A stretch of DNA of 64,000 bases from a virus (taxonomy: Duplodnaviria; Heunggongvirae; Uroviricota; Caudoviricetes). Numbering within the stretch: position 1 is the first letter of the stretch; each line of letters opens with the position of its first letter. Under the pieces are notes generated by a model. The model made no database searches. It saw only the letters and a program-made list of their open reading frames with translations, and was not told the origin of the DNA. The stretch covers positions 32,552 through 96,551 of IMG/VR virus record IMGVR_UViG_3300037587_000312, one strand, 5' to 3'. This document shows, piece after piece, positions 28,807 through 37,086 of the stretch. Both the position numbers and the translations under genes were made by a program.

Positions 28807-29282
28807 AACAGCGTAGTGGATTTGTGAGTAATAGTTCAAGCAGTTCCTTTATTATCGGTCTTCCAAAGAAGCCTGAGACTGAAGCAGAATTGGCTGAAAT
28901 GCTGGGGGATTGTGCTCCATTATGTGGATATGGTACACAATTAACCTCTGAGGAAGTGGTTCACCGAGTGTTTGGGGATATTCAGGGAGAGGATTCTCTA
29001 ACGCAAAGGGGATTAGATGTACCTTTCGACGCAGATTTATGGATTGATTCGGAGATAGATCATTGGAGCTTCGCGTATGATAGGGATAAGGAGGGGATGA
29101 CTTTCCTTGACGCAATTGAGGAGCTGAAGGCTAGTATCCTAGAGACTCAGAGCCAGAAGTTTAAAGGGTTTGACGGGCTTGTCTGTTATGAGCTATCCTA
29201 TTCAGATGATGGTGGGGAGAGTTCTCTTGAGCACGGTGATATCTTCCGTAACATCCCCCACAATCGGGAAAGCCACCACTAG
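28803..29282 (+). CDS. paralog 5 of conserved-N-terminus family (MKQRSGFVSNSSSSSFII...)
   Basis: Same 17-mer. RBS ggagggtaaggtATG. Confidence 0.5.
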   Translation: MKQRSGFVSNSSSSSFIIGLPKKPETEAELAEMLGDCAPLCGYGTQLTSEEVVHRVFGDIQGEDSLTQRGLDVPFDADLWIDSEIDHWSFAYDRDKEGMTFLDAIEELKASILETQSQKFKGFDGLVCYELSYSDDGGESSLEHGDIFRNIPHNRESHH

Positions 29283-29291
29283 GAGTTTACT

Positions 29292-29525
29292 ATGGACCTT
29301 TATACAGACTACCCTATCCATTTACTCGGTGATGAACCCTATCAGGAAGCACCAATCCGAAAGTGTGAGATTCTTAACTGGGATGGAGATAAATATTGTG
29401 ATGTTCTGGTTGAAGGTGTTGTAGTGAACTTCAAAGCAGGGTATATTTACACGGAAGAATGTACTTGGAAACAGGAACATGTGGTCCCTCTCGAATATTT
29501 AAAGACTAAGGAGAATATACTCTAA
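29292..29525 (+). CDS. hypothetical protein
   Basis: ORF. Confidence 0.3.
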   Translation: MDLYTDYPIHLLGDEPYQEAPIRKCEILNWDGDKYCDVLVEGVVVNFKAGYIYTEECTWKQEHVVPLEYLKTKENIL

Positions 29526-30037
29526 TGGATAGTACCCAACAGGCTTATGAACAGAAGATGGAAGAGATCGGTAAATACTATCTTCAGGTGGTTGGCCTAG
29601 TAATTCTTGACTTCTTGAGTGTATTCCCACACAATACGATGGAGATTAAGAAGCTGAAAGCGAATAACGCAGCGTACCAAGCCAGTAGTATTGTGTGGGA
29701 GAGTTACCCTGCTGTCCGTGAAGCTGTTAATGCTATCGAGAACACCCTCTATCTTGCCTGTAATGAGGTGTTCATACCATCCCTATGCAATGAGGTGGCT
29801 AAGTTACAACTATCCACAGAGGCTCTCCTAGAGGCTTATAGGGGGACTAAGAATAATCCTCACATGCAAGGATATTGTAAGGGATTCCCAACTATTTTCG
29901 GTAGACCGAAGGATCTAGTTGCACTTTTAGTTTCAGATTTGAAAAAGATGAATTTTGTAGTGGATCTAGATGAGAAGTTCGTTTATACTCTCTACAAAGA
30001 GGAATACCAAAAGGAGAAAAAGAATGCAAAAGTTTGA
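29525..30037 (+). CDS. hypothetical protein
   Basis: ORF. Confidence 0.3.
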   Translation: MDSTQQAYEQKMEEIGKYYLQVVGLVILDFLSVFPHNTMEIKKLKANNAAYQASSIVWESYPAVREAVNAIENTLYLACNEVFIPSLCNEVAKLQLSTEALLEAYRGTKNNPHMQGYCKGFPTIFGRPKDLVALLVSDLKKMNFVVDLDEKFVYTLYKEEYQKEKKNAKV

Positions 30038-30887
30038 GGCTGGTGATAAAGTTGAGGTTGTTGGTTGCTCCGATAAGGATCTCAGGAATTTTAACTGTAA
30101 CAGTAGAATTGTTGTTGGGTATAAGGGAACCGTAATACGAAACCACGGCAGTAAGGATCATGTCTTGCTTGACGACCTTGACAAAGGTTGGATACACTGT
30201 GATTGGATTAAGAAAATCAAATCGAATAAACAAGAGGAAACAAAAATGAGTAATAAGACTATTGAAGTAGGCGATACCGTAGAAGTTATTGCAAGTGGAG
30301 GTGGATTATTCCACTCAGATAATAAAGGAAAGCAAGGGGTTGTCACTAAAGTTAGCGGGCAGGATAGCGATGATCGTTTATATGTATCTTTTGATGAGGA
30401 GTCTGATTACGGGCATATTGAGGATGTGAAACTTATCACCAAACAGAAAGGAGGGCAGAAAGTGAAACACTATAACCCAGCTGGTGGCGGTAATGTTGTA
30501 CGAATCGAAGTTCTTTACAACGACAACACTCGGTATAATGTAGCTTCTTTAACCAATTTCGAGTATGATGTACGGGATTCGAACGGTGTTTATTGCTTCA
30601 AGTACACTAAGCCTATCAACGAAGATGTCGATTGCGATTTCTACATTAAGAAAGAGAATGTAGCAGCCATTATCATGCGGTCTGATAATGGTAAGACTGA
30701 AATCCACGAGTTTGTTGAGAAAGTTGTTGACACTGTGCAAATTCGGATGCAAAATCGTCCTGCCAAGACTGTTCTGACGCCAGAGCAGGCTGCTGAACGT
30801 GCAGAACGTCGAGGTGAGAAGGCAGCTAAGCGTCTTGATCCTACTAAGGTTCCAAAGGCGAAAGCGAAGGCGAAAACATCTAAATAA
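30024..30887 (+). CDS. hypothetical protein with tandem KOW/SH3-like repeats and Lys/Ala-rich C-terminus
   Basis: ATG 30024 after aaggag. Repeats FEAGDKVEVVG and IEVGDTVEVIASGG. Confidence 0.4.
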   Translation: MQKFEAGDKVEVVGCSDKDLRNFNCNSRIVVGYKGTVIRNHGSKDHVLLDDLDKGWIHCDWIKKIKSNKQEETKMSNKTIEVGDTVEVIASGGGLFHSDNKGKQGVVTKVSGQDSDDRLYVSFDEESDYGHIEDVKLITKQKGGQKVKHYNPAGGGNVVRIEVLYNDNTRYNVASLTNFEYDVRDSNGVYCFKYTKPINEDVDCDFYIKKENVAAIIMRSDNGKTEIHEFVEKVVDTVQIRMQNRPAKTVLTPEQAAERAERRGEKAAKRLDPTKVPKAKAKAKTSK

Positions 30888-30945
30888 AGTTATCCGTTTA
30901 CACGGATCAAAATTGAAAATTTTGACATCTTTGATGTAATAAAGG

Positions 30946-30974
30946 TTGACTATATTAACTGAGGTCTGTACACT
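30946..30974 (+). promoter_or_regulatory. sigma70-like promoter TTGACT-N17-TACACT
   Basis: Located in the 120-nt gap upstream of 31006. Confidence 0.4.
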
Positions 30975-31005
30975 GGGCTTCAGTTAATAAGGAAGGAGGG
31001 GTTAA

Positions 31006-31200
31006 ATGGCTATTGTAATATTCGTATTCTTGATTGTGTGCTTTATTGTTTGGTGGAGAACAGCACCCTATCGAAAATACGGCGGAGCAAAAAGGAGTCT
31101 TCAGGATGCCAAGGTCAATAAGGCAACCCGTGAAGTAGAAAGCGAAACTAATGAAATGGAGGATGATTATGTTAAATCAACTACTGAGCAAGAAGACTAA
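31006..31200 (+). CDS. small membrane protein
   Basis: N-terminal TM helix. RBS aaggaggagg. Confidence 0.35.
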   Translation: MAIVIFVFLIVCFIVWWRTAPYRKYGGAKRSLQDAKVNKATREVESETNEMEDDYVKSTTEQED

Positions 31201-31414
31201 AACGGTCTCTGGTGTATGTGATGCATTCACACAGGATCTAGAAGAAATTCGGGAATTACAGCAAGCTGAACAGACCAAATTGGCTACTCAAATTGCTAAC
31301 CTGAATACCAAGCACGAAACTGCGACGAAAGAAGTGGTTGAAGCAACAAACGCTATCGCGAACATTCGTAATATGTTCCGTGGTAACACAACTCAAACTC
31401 AAGAGGAAGTATAA
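31151..31414 (+). CDS. hypothetical coiled-coil protein
   Basis: ORF; start uncertain. Confidence 0.25.
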   Translation: MKWRMIMLNQLLSKKTKTVSGVCDAFTQDLEEIRELQQAEQTKLATQIANLNTKHETATKEVVEATNAIANIRNMFRGNTTQTQEEV

Positions 31415-31415
31415 T

Positions 31416-32699
31416 ATGAATCTATCAGGCAAACAAATTCTAGGATGGGGTGGCTCAGCAGTAGGTGCTATTGCTCTGGCTGTCGTAATGGCTACAACAA
31501 TGGGCATCAACAACGCGGGTTATCGAACGGTAATTCAGGGTGTCGGAGGTGATATGAGCGTCAAGTATGATGCCGGTATTTACTTCCCGATGTTTGGTAA
31601 GACCACTGAGTATCCTGATTACCTGACGTATGACTTCAGTGCAAAGGATAAGTCCTGTGACTTTGAAGAGAACGATGGTATCAAGGTACGGTATCAGGAT
31701 GGTGGTGAGGGTGTAGTATGTGGGATGGCTAACGTAATGTTGCCTGTTGCTGGTGATGAGGAAGCCATGATCGCTTTCCACAAACGTTATCGTTCTGAGG
31801 CCGGTGTGCGAGCTAAGCTGCTGAACCAGACGTTCCCTAAGGCTCTGAACCTGACTGCTGTACTAATGAGTTCTGAGGAAGCCTATGCTACCAAACGTTC
31901 TGAGTACATTTCGATGGGTCGTGATCAGGTGGAGAATGGTTTGTATAAGACCAAACTCGTTGAGAAGAATGTACAGGTTGGTATTGACTCTGATGGCGAG
32001 CCTGAGATGCAGTTGAAGGAAGTCCCTCAGATCGTTATGGTCGGTGGTCTTGCTCAACATGACGCTAGTGATCTAACTCAGTGGGGTTTAACCCTCTCTC
32101 AATTCGACTTGAAAGCTTGGGACTTTGAGCCTAACACTCTGACCCAAATCCGTAAGAAACGTGCTGCTGAGATGGCTATCGTAACTGCTAAGGCTAATGC
32201 TAAGAAAGCTTATTGGGAGGAGCAGGAAGTTGTAGCTAACGGTGCCAAGAATGCTGCTGCAGCTAAGGCAGATGCTATTACCGCCGCACAACCGTTGATC
32301 GAGAACAAACTGCGCGACAAGCAATTGGCGATCATTGCAGCTGAGCAACGTACCGCGACTGCTATTGAGAACACTTTGGCCGCTAAGGAAGAAGAGAAGC
32401 GTCAACGTGCATTGGCTAAGGCCGCAGTTCAGGAAGGTAAGAAGATCAAGACCTTGGCCTCTGCTGAGAAGTTCCGTCTTGAGTCTATCGCTGAAGGTGG
32501 TGAACTACAGATGCGTCTGCACACTGCTGAAGTCATGAACAAGGATGCTTGGGTAGAGATTGGTAAGCAGAAATGGACTCCTGAGATCGTTATGGGTGGT
32601 GGTGAAGGTGGTCAGTTGAATGAAGTACAGGCAATGGTACAGACACAATTGATTAAAAACCTTCAGAATGTGGGTATCAACTCTGGTATTCCTAAGTAA
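31416..32699 (+). CDS. SPFH/band-7 (flotillin/prohibitin-like) membrane protein
   Basis: ATG 31416 after aagaggaag. N-terminal TM helix. Long Ala/Glu/Lys-rich coiled-coil region typical of flotillin/HflK-like proteins. Confidence 0.45.
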   Translation: MNLSGKQILGWGGSAVGAIALAVVMATTMGINNAGYRTVIQGVGGDMSVKYDAGIYFPMFGKTTEYPDYLTYDFSAKDKSCDFEENDGIKVRYQDGGEGVVCGMANVMLPVAGDEEAMIAFHKRYRSEAGVRAKLLNQTFPKALNLTAVLMSSEEAYATKRSEYISMGRDQVENGLYKTKLVEKNVQVGIDSDGEPEMQLKEVPQIVMVGGLAQHDASDLTQWGLTLSQFDLKAWDFEPNTLTQIRKKRAAEMAIVTAKANAKKAYWEEQEVVANGAKNAAAAKADAITAAQPLIENKLRDKQLAIIAAEQRTATAIENTLAAKEEEKRQRALAKAAVQEGKKIKTLASAEKFRLESIAEGGELQMRLHTAEVMNKDAWVEIGKQKWTPEIVMGGGEGGQLNEVQAMVQTQLIKNLQNVGINSGIPK

Positions 32700-32718
32700 G
32701 AAATAGTTTGACACAAAC

Positions 32719-32751
32719 AAGGGGATAGCTTATGCTATCCCCTTACTCGTT
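32719..32751 (+). terminator. terminator-like hairpin
   Basis: aaggggatagc-ttat-gctatcccctt then a weak T-tract. It overlaps a possible TTGACA-N17-TATGCT promoter (32708..32736). Confidence 0.4.
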
Positions 32752-32765
32752 TAAGGAAGAAAATT

Positions 32766-33209
32766 ATGAAAGATCCAGCAGGTTTTGCATACCAAGTTGC
32801 ACTGAATGGTCATGATGGTCAGATGTATGGCACTGAGCCTTATATCCACCATGTTATTGATGTGAATGATAGGCTGAAGGAACTGTTCCCAACTCTCTCT
32901 GAGATCTCCCTCCCTATTGCAGAGGCTGTCTCCTTCCTACATGATGTTGTAGAGGATACGGATATCACCTTAGAGAACCTCAAGGTGTTTGGCTTTCCTC
33001 AGGAAGTTATCGATGGTGTTGATGCCATGACAAAACGTGATGGTGAATCCTATGACGAATATATAGAGCGTTTATCTGGGAATCTAATAGCTGTTATGGT
33101 TAAGATTGCTGACTCATATTCTAACCTGACAGCATCTATCATCTCAGGTGGAACCAAGCGTATCGCTAAGTACACAAAGAACATCGAAATTCTGTCAAAA
33201 TTCCTTTGA
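32766..33209 (+). CDS. HD-domain small alarmone hydrolase (SpoT/Mesh1-like (p)ppGpp hydrolase)
   Basis: H...LHDVVEDT signature (HD..ED) in a 147-aa stand-alone protein. Confidence 0.55.
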   Translation: MKDPAGFAYQVALNGHDGQMYGTEPYIHHVIDVNDRLKELFPTLSEISLPIAEAVSFLHDVVEDTDITLENLKVFGFPQEVIDGVDAMTKRDGESYDEYIERLSGNLIAVMVKIADSYSNLTASIISGGTKRIAKYTKNIEILSKFL

Positions 33210-33233
33210 CATAGGGTATACTTGGTGTAGAAT
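33206..33233 (+). promoter_or_regulatory. sigma70-like promoter TTGACA-N16-TAGAAT
   Basis: Near-consensus hexamers upstream of 33265. Confidence 0.45.
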
Positions 33234-33264
33234 GGACTCATCTTAAATATCTGAGGACAAGAAT

Positions 33265-33459
33265 ATGGCTTACTATTCAACTGATAGTGAAGAACACCTT
33301 GTTAATATTGGTGCTATGCAAGATCCAAATGAAGCTGCAATGATGGATTGGTGGTTTGAAGATCCCTATGATTATTCCGGTGAGGATATGGATTGCGCCT
33401 TGAATCCTGAAGTAGAGGCACACAATGATGAAATTATGGCGGAGGGGAGTGGACTATGA
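33265..33459 (+). CDS. hypothetical acidic protein
   Basis: ORF. Confidence 0.3.
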   Translation: MAYYSTDSEEHLVNIGAMQDPNEAAMMDWWFEDPYDYSGEDMDCALNPEVEAHNDEIMAEGSGL

Positions 33460-33725
33460 AATATATCTGTGTTGAAAAAGAAGACGGCAAACAAGAGATT
33501 ATTGTTTTCCCCAAGACCATTGACCATGATGTTATGGCTGAAAGCGTAGGTCGTATGAAGAATAGTACATACGGTAACTGGAAGCGTGAGTGGCGTACCC
33601 CTGTATCAGCTGGATTTGTGACAATGGATTGGAAGTGCTACGGACGTAGTGAGACACTAGATCTTGATTCGCGGCCCGAAGAAGATACAGAAATTCTACA
33701 GAACCATTTTCCTTTTGGAGGATAG
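33456..33725 (+). CDS. hypothetical protein
   Basis: ORF. Confidence 0.3.
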   Translation: MKYICVEKEDGKQEIIVFPKTIDHDVMAESVGRMKNSTYGNWKREWRTPVSAGFVTMDWKCYGRSETLDLDSRPEEDTEILQNHFPFGG

Positions 33726-33728
33726 AAT

Positions 33729-34649
33729 ATGACTTGGGATACAATTAATCGGATGGATAGTACTGACACAGATGTTTGTAAGTTTGTGTTCACCAAAGAC
33801 GATGCCGTAGCAGAGGCAGTTCTCTATAAGTATGGATCTTATAAGGACCGTACTGTTATCTGCTGCTCTACTCAATCAGGCTGTCCTATGGGCTGTACAT
33901 TCTGTGGAACAGGTAAGCAGTTTATTCGTAATCTGACTACAGATGAAATTGTTGCTCAGGTTAAAGCATGTCTTGATCATGCGTTCTATAATCACGGTAC
34001 ACTCTATTCCGATATTGATAAGTTCCAGATCATGTTTATGAGTATGGGTGAGCCTATGCTTAACTGGAAAGCCCTTAAAGACGCCATCCAGATCCTTCAC
34101 TATTCTTATCGGAATGCTGCACTGTTGATTTCAACCAGTGCTCCTGAAACTATTGTGGCGTTCGGTGAGCTTATTGAATTGTCGAAAGAGATCCCACAAA
34201 TAGGTCTACAATTTTCAGTTCACGAATCTTTACAGGAAGAACGTGACAAGCTGATACCTTTCAAAAAGAAACTCTCATTACGGGGGTTGGCTGCGACAGG
34301 AGAGGCATGGGCATATCAAACAGGTCGTAAGGTTTACTTTAATTACTGTGTCCATGAGAAGAATAATGGTGTGGAGGACGCTCAGCGGCTCTCTGAACTG
34401 TTTAAGCCTGAGATGTGGGAAGCCACCATCTCCGTGATCTGTGAGGCTGATGAAAGTGTGTCTGCGTCCATTGAAAGGCAGGAGGAATTAGCTACAGATT
34501 TCTCTGGACTTCTACTTGAACAGGGTTATAATACACGAGTATTCAATCCAGCAGGTCAGGATGATATCGGAGGTGGCTGTGGTCAACTTTGGTTCACCCA
34601 AGAATGGATGAAGAACAACCCTGACAAAGTACGTAAAACACGAGGATAA
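33729..34649 (+). CDS. radical SAM RNA methyltransferase, RlmN/Cfr family (N-terminally shortened)
   Basis: VICCSTQSGCPMGCTFCGTGKQFIRNLTTDEIVAQV parallels the RlmN motif [33 protein letters not shown]. Also MSMGEPMLN (GEP) and a C-terminal GGGCGQL. Confidence 0.6.
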   Translation: MTWDTINRMDSTDTDVCKFVFTKDDAVAEAVLYKYGSYKDRTVICCSTQSGCPMGCTFCGTGKQFIRNLTTDEIVAQVKACLDHAFYNHGTLYSDIDKFQIMFMSMGEPMLNWKALKDAIQILHYSYRNAALLISTSAPETIVAFGELIELSKEIPQIGLQFSVHESLQEERDKLIPFKKKLSLRGLAATGEAWAYQTGRKVYFNYCVHEKNNGVEDAQRLSELFKPEMWEATISVICEADESVSASIERQEELATDFSGLLLEQGYNTRVFNPAGQDDIGGGCGQLWFTQEWMKNNPDKVRKTRG

Positions 34650-34655
34650 AGAACT

Positions 34656-35051
34656 ATGAAATTACTACAACGAATTAAAGATGATCGCTTGGTAGCTCGT
34701 AAGGCCAAAGACACTACCCGCGCAACACTACTCACTACCTTGGTAGGAGAGGCTGAGACTGCGCTGAAGGGCAAGCAAGCAGCTAAGTTTGATACGCTCA
34801 GTCTGGTTAAGAAGTTCATGGCTAACTGTCAGGAGACACTCGCTGTTCGCTATACACCAGCTATCCAAGATGAGATCGATATCCTCAAAGAATATATCCC
34901 AGACCAGTTGACTAAGGAGGAGATTCAAGATATTCTTGCTTCTAAGTTCACAGGTGAAACACTTGGTAAGTTCATGGGCTTCATGAATAAAAACTATCGA
35001 GGAAAGTTCGATGGTAAACTTGCAAGTGATGTGTATAAAAGTACAGGATAA
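34656..35051 (+). CDS. GatB/YqeY-domain protein
   Basis: Length and sequence pattern (KDTTRATLLTTL...IDILKEYIPDQLTKEEIQDIL...GKFMGFMNKNYRGKFDGKLASDV) match the YqeY family. Confidence 0.5.
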   Translation: MKLLQRIKDDRLVARKAKDTTRATLLTTLVGEAETALKGKQAAKFDTLSLVKKFMANCQETLAVRYTPAIQDEIDILKEYIPDQLTKEEIQDILASKFTGETLGKFMGFMNKNYRGKFDGKLASDVYKSTG

Positions 35052-35080
35052 CTCTAAAGGTACTCATGAGGATATAGAAA

Positions 35081-35293
35081 ATGACTAAATCTAAAGCTTA
35101 TCTAACCACAACAGTGGTTTCAATCCTCCTAGTTATTGCATGGTTCACCCAAGTATGGTATCTTGCACTGAACAATGAAAGCTATTCTGGGGATCAAGGA
35201 TTTGTAATATTCGTCTTGTGTTTTGCGGAGGCAGCTGGTATCATATGTCTTACTACCTTTGTGGTTGACATCATCAAGAAAATGAGGGTTTAA
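35081..35293 (+). CDS. small 2-TM membrane protein, tandem paralog A
   Basis: MTKSKAYL...DIIKK; 40-50% identical to the next ORF. Confidence 0.35.
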   Translation: MTKSKAYLTTTVVSILLVIAWFTQVWYLALNNESYSGDQGFVIFVLCFAEAAGIICLTTFVVDIIKKMRV

Positions 35294-35295
35294 TT

Positions 35296-35511
35296 ATGAC
35301 CAAATCTAAAGCTTATCTATATACAGCGATTGTTTCAGGTACCCTCTGTATCGGATGGTTCATCCAAGTGTGGTATGTTATGCTGAATTCCACTGTATAC
35401 TCAGCACCCCAAGTACTCGGGATGAGTTGCTTGTTTCTTATAGAGGCGTGTGTTATCATCTTTCTTACTGCTTATATAATTGACATAATTGACAAGAAGA
35501 GGGATTGGTAA
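35296..35511 (+). CDS. small 2-TM membrane protein, tandem paralog B
   Basis: MTKSKAYL...DIIDKK. Confidence 0.35.
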   Translation: MTKSKAYLYTAIVSGTLCIGWFIQVWYVMLNSTVYSAPQVLGMSCLFLIEACVIIFLTAYIIDIIDKKRDW

Positions 35512-35891
35512 TGGAAATTTCAGCAGAGTACTTTAAAGAAGCCACAGGTCACGATCCGATCCAAGATGACCTCGAGCGTAGCAACTGTAAAGAGGCTGGC
35601 GAACTGGGTCATGGTTCCTGTGGATGGAATCACCAGCGAGATATGCCGGTGTTTATGGTTGGGGTTGAGACTACCCTTGAGAAACTAACTCAGGAAGAGG
35701 CTGCACTTCTCCTTGGACAAGCCTCTACTTTAGCTAGGTTAAATGATTGGCGTTTGGGGCAATCCCTATGGAACCTATTACCTCGTGACTTAATAGGTAA
35801 ATACACAGCTACTGTGTATGACTTCTTCTATTGGGGAAATAATGAGAAAGTGATTGAATGTTTCTACAAGATTTTCGTGAAAACCAGTTGA
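35505..35891 (+). CDS. hypothetical protein
   Basis: ORF. Confidence 0.3.
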   Translation: MVMEISAEYFKEATGHDPIQDDLERSNCKEAGELGHGSCGWNHQRDMPVFMVGVETTLEKLTQEEAALLLGQASTLARLNDWRLGQSLWNLLPRDLIGKYTATVYDFFYWGNNEKVIECFYKIFVKTS

Positions 35892-35925
35892 CTTTAAGTA
35901 AGAAATCTGTATAATGGAGGAATAA

Positions 35926-36174
35926 ATGATCAGTGCTTGGTGGTTGATTGTAATATTTGGCGGAGTTTTCCTTTACTCCTTCCACTTAAAGGATGTATAC
36001 TATGGGTATGGTCGTGCTAATGCATTGATCTGGGATCTGAAGTGTAAGGTTGAACAGGGTAAGGATGGAAGTCTAAGGTTTATTTCTCCGGTAGGTAAAG
36101 GTACGGAGAGTTATGTAGGGTATTTAGGAAAATCAGTTGGCAAGCTTTTACGGAAAGACGGTACGTTGAAATAA
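35926..36174 (+). CDS. hypothetical small membrane protein
   Basis: ORF with RBS ggagg. Confidence 0.3.
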   Translation: MISAWWLIVIFGGVFLYSFHLKDVYYGYGRANALIWDLKCKVEQGKDGSLRFISPVGKGTESYVGYLGKSVGKLLRKDGTLK

Positions 36175-36183
36175 GGAATTTAG

Positions 36184-36271
36184 ACTCGGTGTTCCCCTAC
36201 CAGCCTTCTAAGCTGATGACATAAAACCGGGGGATGGAAGTCGAGAGGTTCGATACCTCCACCGAGCGCCA
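36184..36271 (+). ncRNA. degenerate tRNA-like element (acceptor + T-arm + Arg-TCT-like anticodon hairpin, no canonical D-arm)
   Basis: 3' end GAGG-TTCGATA-CCTCC-ACCGAGC-G-CCA pairs with 5' ACTCGGT. Hairpin CAGC-CTTCTAA-GCTG could present anticodon UCU. No D-arm found by eye. Confidence 0.2.
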
Positions 36272-36276
36272 TTTTA

Positions 36277-36362
36277 GGAAGATTGGCAGAGTGGTAATGC
36301 AGCTGGTTGCTAACCAGTAGTGTCGAAAGGCACCGTAGGTTCGATACCTACATCTTCCGCCA
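36277..36362 (+). tRNA. tRNA-Ser (anticodon GCT), class II, CCA encoded
   Basis: Acceptor GGAAGAT/ATCTTCC, 3-bp D-stem, anticodon loop TTGCTAA, long variable arm, T-loop TTCGATA, 3' GCCA. Confidence 0.6.
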
Positions 36363-36372
36363 GTTTAATATA

Positions 36373-36465
36373 CCCCGCGTGGTGGAATGTATACGCACCG
36401 CAATTAAAATGCGACGACTTCGGTCATGAGGGTTCGAGTCTCTCCGTGGGGACCATTTTAGGGTA
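36373..36465 (+). tRNA. tRNA-Leu (anticodon TAA), class II, CCA encoded
   Basis: Acceptor CCCCGCG/CGTGGGG (one GU), anticodon loop ATTAAAA, variable hairpin GAC-TTCG-GTC, T-arm GAGGG-TTCGAGT-CTCTC, 3' ACCA. Confidence 0.55.
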
Positions 36466-36475
36466 AGGGAAACAA

Positions 36476-36982
36476 GTGAAGATGATTTGGAAAGATGTAG
36501 TTGGTTTTGAGAACTACTTTAAAATAAGTAATCATGGGGATATCTATTCATATAGAAGTGCTAGGGTTTTAAAAAGAGTTAAAGACAAATCGGGATATCT
36601 CACACTACCCACCAAAATTGGTGGTCGGGAAGGTAAGGATTATTGTTTTAAGATCCACAGGTTAGTGGCCATAGCTTTTATTCCTAATCCTAAGGGGAAA
36701 CCTTGCGTAAACCACAAAGATGGGGATAAGGAGAATAATCATATCTCTAATCTAGAATGGTGTACTGTTAAGGAGAATACTCAGCATGCTTTTGACACAG
36801 GGTTATCGAAAGCCTTAAAAGGGGAGAAGAATGTAGGTTCGAGGATTTCCCAAGTAGATGCCGATACTATAAGATTGGTATATACCCCATATTGTAGAAC
36901 CTACGGAGCACGGGCATTAGGAAGAAGATTTGGTATCTCTCACTCCAATATACTCAAAGTTATAAATGGTATTTCATACTAG
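36476..36982 (+). CDS. HNH homing endonuclease (NUMOD4 + HNH_3) inserted in tRNA cluster
   Basis: WKDVVGFENYFKISNHGDIYS (NUMOD4) and HRLVAIAFIPNPKGKPCVNHKDGDKENNHISNLEWCT (HNH_3). Confidence 0.65.
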   Translation: MKMIWKDVVGFENYFKISNHGDIYSYRSARVLKRVKDKSGYLTLPTKIGGREGKDYCFKIHRLVAIAFIPNPKGKPCVNHKDGDKENNHISNLEWCTVKENTQHAFDTGLSKALKGEKNVGSRISQVDADTIRLVYTPYCRTYGARALGRRFGISHSNILKVINGISY

Positions 36983-36988
36983 AATTTT

Positions 36989-37078
36989 AGGACTGACGCA
37001 GGTATTGGTTTGCCTGCACTCGCCTCATAAGCGAGTCTCTTCTGAGCGTTGTGGGTTCAATTCCCTCCGGTCCTACCA
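36989..37078 (+). tRNA. unusual tRNA with anticodon CAT (Met/Ile2-type) and a 15-nt variable region
   Basis: Acceptor AGGACTG/CGGTCCT, D-arm GCAGG-N10-CCTGC, anticodon arm CTCGC-CTCATAA-GCGAG, T-arm GTGGG-TTCAATT-CCCTC (one mismatch), 3' ACCA. The long variable arm is atypical for CAT tRNAs. Confidence 0.35.
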
Positions 37079-37086
37079 CCTATTAA

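Noticed and set aside
36184-36271. Confident call of a functional tRNA-Arg(TCT)
   Set aside because: No D-arm could be folded. Only the acceptor, T-arm and an anticodon-like hairpin are present, so it is listed only as a low-confidence tRNA-like element.
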